This document shows, one piece after another, positions 61,764-64,000 of a DNA stretch of 64,000 bases. The notes beneath the pieces were generated by a model. It searched no databases and was not told the origin of the DNA. It saw only the letters and a list, made by a program, of their open reading frames with translations. The position numbers and the translations under genes were made by a program. The DNA is from Dehalococcoidales bacterium (GTDB lineage: Bacteria > Chloroflexota > Dehalococcoidia > Dehalococcoidales > RBG-16-60-22). The stretch spans positions 9,251 to 73,250 of the forward strand of contig JAFGHK010000059.1 in the NCBI GenBank assembly GCA_016930185.1. The letters are read 5' to 3'. Every line of letters starts with the position of its first letter. Position 1 is the first letter of the stretch.

Positions 61764-63426
61764 AGGCACGCTGGGGGAATCGTTGGTTCAGAAGCAGGTT
61801 ATTACTCCGGAACAGCTCCAGGAAGCCCAGGAAAAGCAAAAAGAACAGGGCGGCAAGCTTAGTGAAATCCTGATTAATCTGGGTTTCGTTAAGGTCGAAG
61901 AGCTGGCGTCGTTCCTTAGCATCATGTGGAATTTGCCTCTTATCGACCTTAAGACGCACGTGGTGCAGCCGGAGGCCCTGGCATTGATACCGGAAGAACT
62001 GGCCAGGAAGCACCTTTTTATACCCCTGCAGATCATCAACGATTCGTTGATGGTGGTGATGGCTGACCCCGATGACTATATTACCATCGGGGATATTTTT
62101 GCCAGGACCAATATGAAGGTACAGGTGGCGTTCGCTAACGCTGCGGATATCCGGCGCGCTATCGACATTTACTATCGCGCTACCGATGAAATACAGGAGA
62201 AAGTAGGCGGGATCCTTCCGGCGGATATCGGCGACCGCGAATCCACCGCCGATTTTAATGTTGAAACGCCCATTACGGAAAGCCTGGACCTGCTTATCGA
62301 ACAGGCTGTCAGAGACCGGGCGTCCGATATTCACCTTGAGCCGCAGAGTGACCGCCTGCGTATCCGTTACCGTATCGACGGTGTGCTGTATGATATGAAC
62401 TCTGTGCCTATGAACATCCACGCAGAACTGGCTTCCAGGATAAAAATTTTGGCAGAAATGGACGTGACCCGTTCTAAGCAGGCGCAGGACGGGCAGTTTT
62501 CCTTAAAAATTGGTGATAAGAACATTGATATCCGTGTCGCCAGCACTGATACCATCCACGGCGAGCGGATTACCCTGCGTCTGCTGGATAAATCGGTATC
62601 GCTTTTTACACTGCCGGAGCTGGGCTTTTTGCCGGATACCCTGAAAAAATACCAGTCGCTTTTACACTATCCCTTCGGCATGATTTTGGTGGGGGGGCCG
62701 ACCGGTTCCGGTAAAACAACCACGCTTTATACATCTATCAATGAAATCGACCGTAAAAGATATAACATTATGACCATCGAAGACCCCGTGGAATACCAGT
62801 TCGAGAATATTACCCAGAGCCAGCTGGACACCAAAGCCGGCATAACCTTCGCCAGCGGCCTGCGGGCATTACTCCGGCAGGACCCGGATGTGATTCTCGT
62901 GGGGGAAATACGTGATAAAGAGACTGCCATCACCGCCGTACAAGCGGCCCTTACCGGACATCTGGTATTTTCTTCTATCCATGCTAATGATACCGTCAGC
63001 ATGATTACGCGCCTTATCGACCTCGGTGTGGAGCCGGGGCTCGTCTCTTCCACGCTTATCGCTTTAGTAGCCCAGCGTATGGTCCGCCGTATATGCACCA
63101 ATTGTCGTATAGCGGTGACGCCTAACGCCGTACAGAAAGAGATATACCTCAAAGAAATGGGTGAGGAACTAACGACCGTATATAAAGGGGCTGGCTGTCA
63201 TCTCTGCGGCAATACCGGCTACATGGGCAGAATAGGTATCTTCGAATTGCTCGTCATGAGTGAAGAAATACAGAAAATGTTAATTAGCGACGTCAGCATA
63301 GGTGTGTTGAGAGAAGAAGTGATTCGCGAGGGGATTTACACCATGAGGCGTGACGGCCTGTTGAAGGTAAAAGAAGGAATCACCACTTTTGAAGAAGTGA
63401 TGAATAGCATATTTACGATTGGATAA
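61738..63426 (+). CDS. pilB: type IV pilus assembly ATPase (PilB/GspE family)
   Basis: T2SSE_N-like N-domain, Walker A GGPTGSGKTTTLY, Walker B DPDVILVGEIRD, His box TGHLVFSSIHAN, and tetracysteine CTNC...CHLC. TTG start after GGAGGTG. Confidence 0.92.
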   Translation: MTLTNHKPKGTLGESLVQKQVITPEQLQEAQEKQKEQGGKLSEILINLGFVKVEELASFLSIMWNLPLIDLKTHVVQPEALALIPEELARKHLFIPLQIINDSLMVVMADPDDYITIGDIFARTNMKVQVAFANAADIRRAIDIYYRATDEIQEKVGGILPADIGDRESTADFNVETPITESLDLLIEQAVRDRASDIHLEPQSDRLRIRYRIDGVLYDMNSVPMNIHAELASRIKILAEMDVTRSKQAQDGQFSLKIGDKNIDIRVASTDTIHGERITLRLLDKSVSLFTLPELGFLPDTLKKYQSLLHYPFGMILVGGPTGSGKTTTLYTSINEIDRKRYNIMTIEDPVEYQFENITQSQLDTKAGITFASGLRALLRQDPDVILVGEIRDKETAITAVQAALTGHLVFSSIHANDTVSMITRLIDLGVEPGLVSSTLIALVAQRMVRRICTNCRIAVTPNAVQKEIYLKEMGEELTTVYKGAGCHLCGNTGYMGRIGIFELLVMSEEIQKMLISDVSIGVLREEVIREGIYTMRRDGLLKVKEGITTFEEVMNSIFTIG

Positions 63427-63456
63427 AATGCCATTTTGTTCTACAGAGGAATATGA

Positions 63457-64000
63457 ATGTACCAGTATGAAGCATACACTCTTGATAAAGAGATCGTTCA
63501 GGGCACTATCGATGCCCCGAGCGAAGGCATAGCCGAGGAAAGACTCAATGGGGCCGGATATCATCAGATATTAACTCTAAGAAAAACGTCCCCGTCGCTT
63601 TCTGCATCTATCAAGAGGCTGTTTCTCCGCCCCTCCTCTGTCAAGAAGGCAGAATTCGTAGATTTTTTCCAGCAGTTAGCCACGCTTTTAGATTCCCAGA
63701 TGCCTTTCGTACAGGCTTTGTGGGTGCTGGCGGAACAAACTCCCAATCCTACTTTGAGAGATGTTATTACCAGGCTAGGCAGGGATGTGTCCGGGGGTGT
63801 TCCTTTCTCTCTGGCGCTGGGGCAGTATCCCAAGCTCATATCAAGCCATTACTGCCAGGTGATTAAGGTAAGTGAAAAATCCGGCGACCTGATGCGCGGT
63901 TTAAGGCTGGTAGCGGGTTATATAGAAAAAGAAGCCACCTTAAGCGGTCACGTTAAGCGTATGCTGTCTTACCCTGCGTTTCTTGGTTTAGCGGCGCTGG
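63457..64000 (+). CDS. pilC: type IV pilus platform protein (PilC/GspF family), 3' end outside the window
   Basis: Not in the ORF track because there is no stop in the window. From the ATG at 63457: MYQYEAYTLDKEIVQGTIDAPSEGIAEERL...AEFVDFFQQLATLLDSQMPFVQALWVL...YPKLISSHYCQVIKVSEKSGDL, typical of the first T2SSF repeat. Confidence 0.85.
   Translation, partial: MYQYEAYTLDKEIVQGTIDAPSEGIAEERLNGAGYHQILTLRKTSPSLSASIKRLFLRPSSVKKAEFVDFFQQLATLLDSQMPFVQALWVLAEQTPNPTLRDVITRLGRDVSGGVPFSLALGQYPKLISSHYCQVIKVSEKSGDLMRGLRLVAGYIEKEATLSGHVKRMLSYPAFLGLAAL

Overview
This is a dense, mostly housekeeping chromosomal window with about 60 protein genes on both strands, many overlapping by 4-30 nt. It looks like an anaerobic, uncultured-type bacterium; my guess of Chloroflexota/Dehalococcoidia-like is inference only. 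Recognisable blocks, left to right: pyrE (partial), mutL, pcrA and purA; an inositol-lipid trio (ino1, PimA-like GT4, CDP-alcohol phosphatidyltransferase); nusA-ylxR-infB-rbfA-truB; an activase-like ATPase with plsX-trxA-trxB; rplI-dnaB-dnaD-like-dnaC/dnaI-like, where the loader is an internal tandem duplication; an orphan NuoE/NuoF/NuoG-N-terminal flavin/Fe-S module; a Kelch+FN3 surface protein; yggS; a SemiSWEET; dksA-like-lspA-rluD; gltX-glnS followed by a truncated CoA-transferase-like gene, NfeD and a radical SAM gene; corA; a multi-PAS kinase; a CPA1 antiporter; and an MMPL transporter. At the right edge sits a type IV pilus-like operon (pilin, coiled-coil histidine kinase, REC fused to a P-loop-degenerate ParA/MinD-like domain, PilB, partial PilC), facing a Zn-ribbon/coiled-coil gene. 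I found no rRNA, tRNA, CRISPR array, transposase or integrase. Non-coding structure includes two families of REP-like hairpin repeats just past gene ends and a nest of four long palindromes. AT-rich or lower-GC patches carry an EVE-domain gene, an orphan RHH gene with a consensus promoter/operator, and an orphan membrane protein. There is also a promoter-proximal terminator in the nusA leader. The best candidate for something undescribed is the pilus operon with its embedded kinase -> REC-pseudoATPase pair. All functional calls are read by eye from the sequence and the ORF track; no database search was run.
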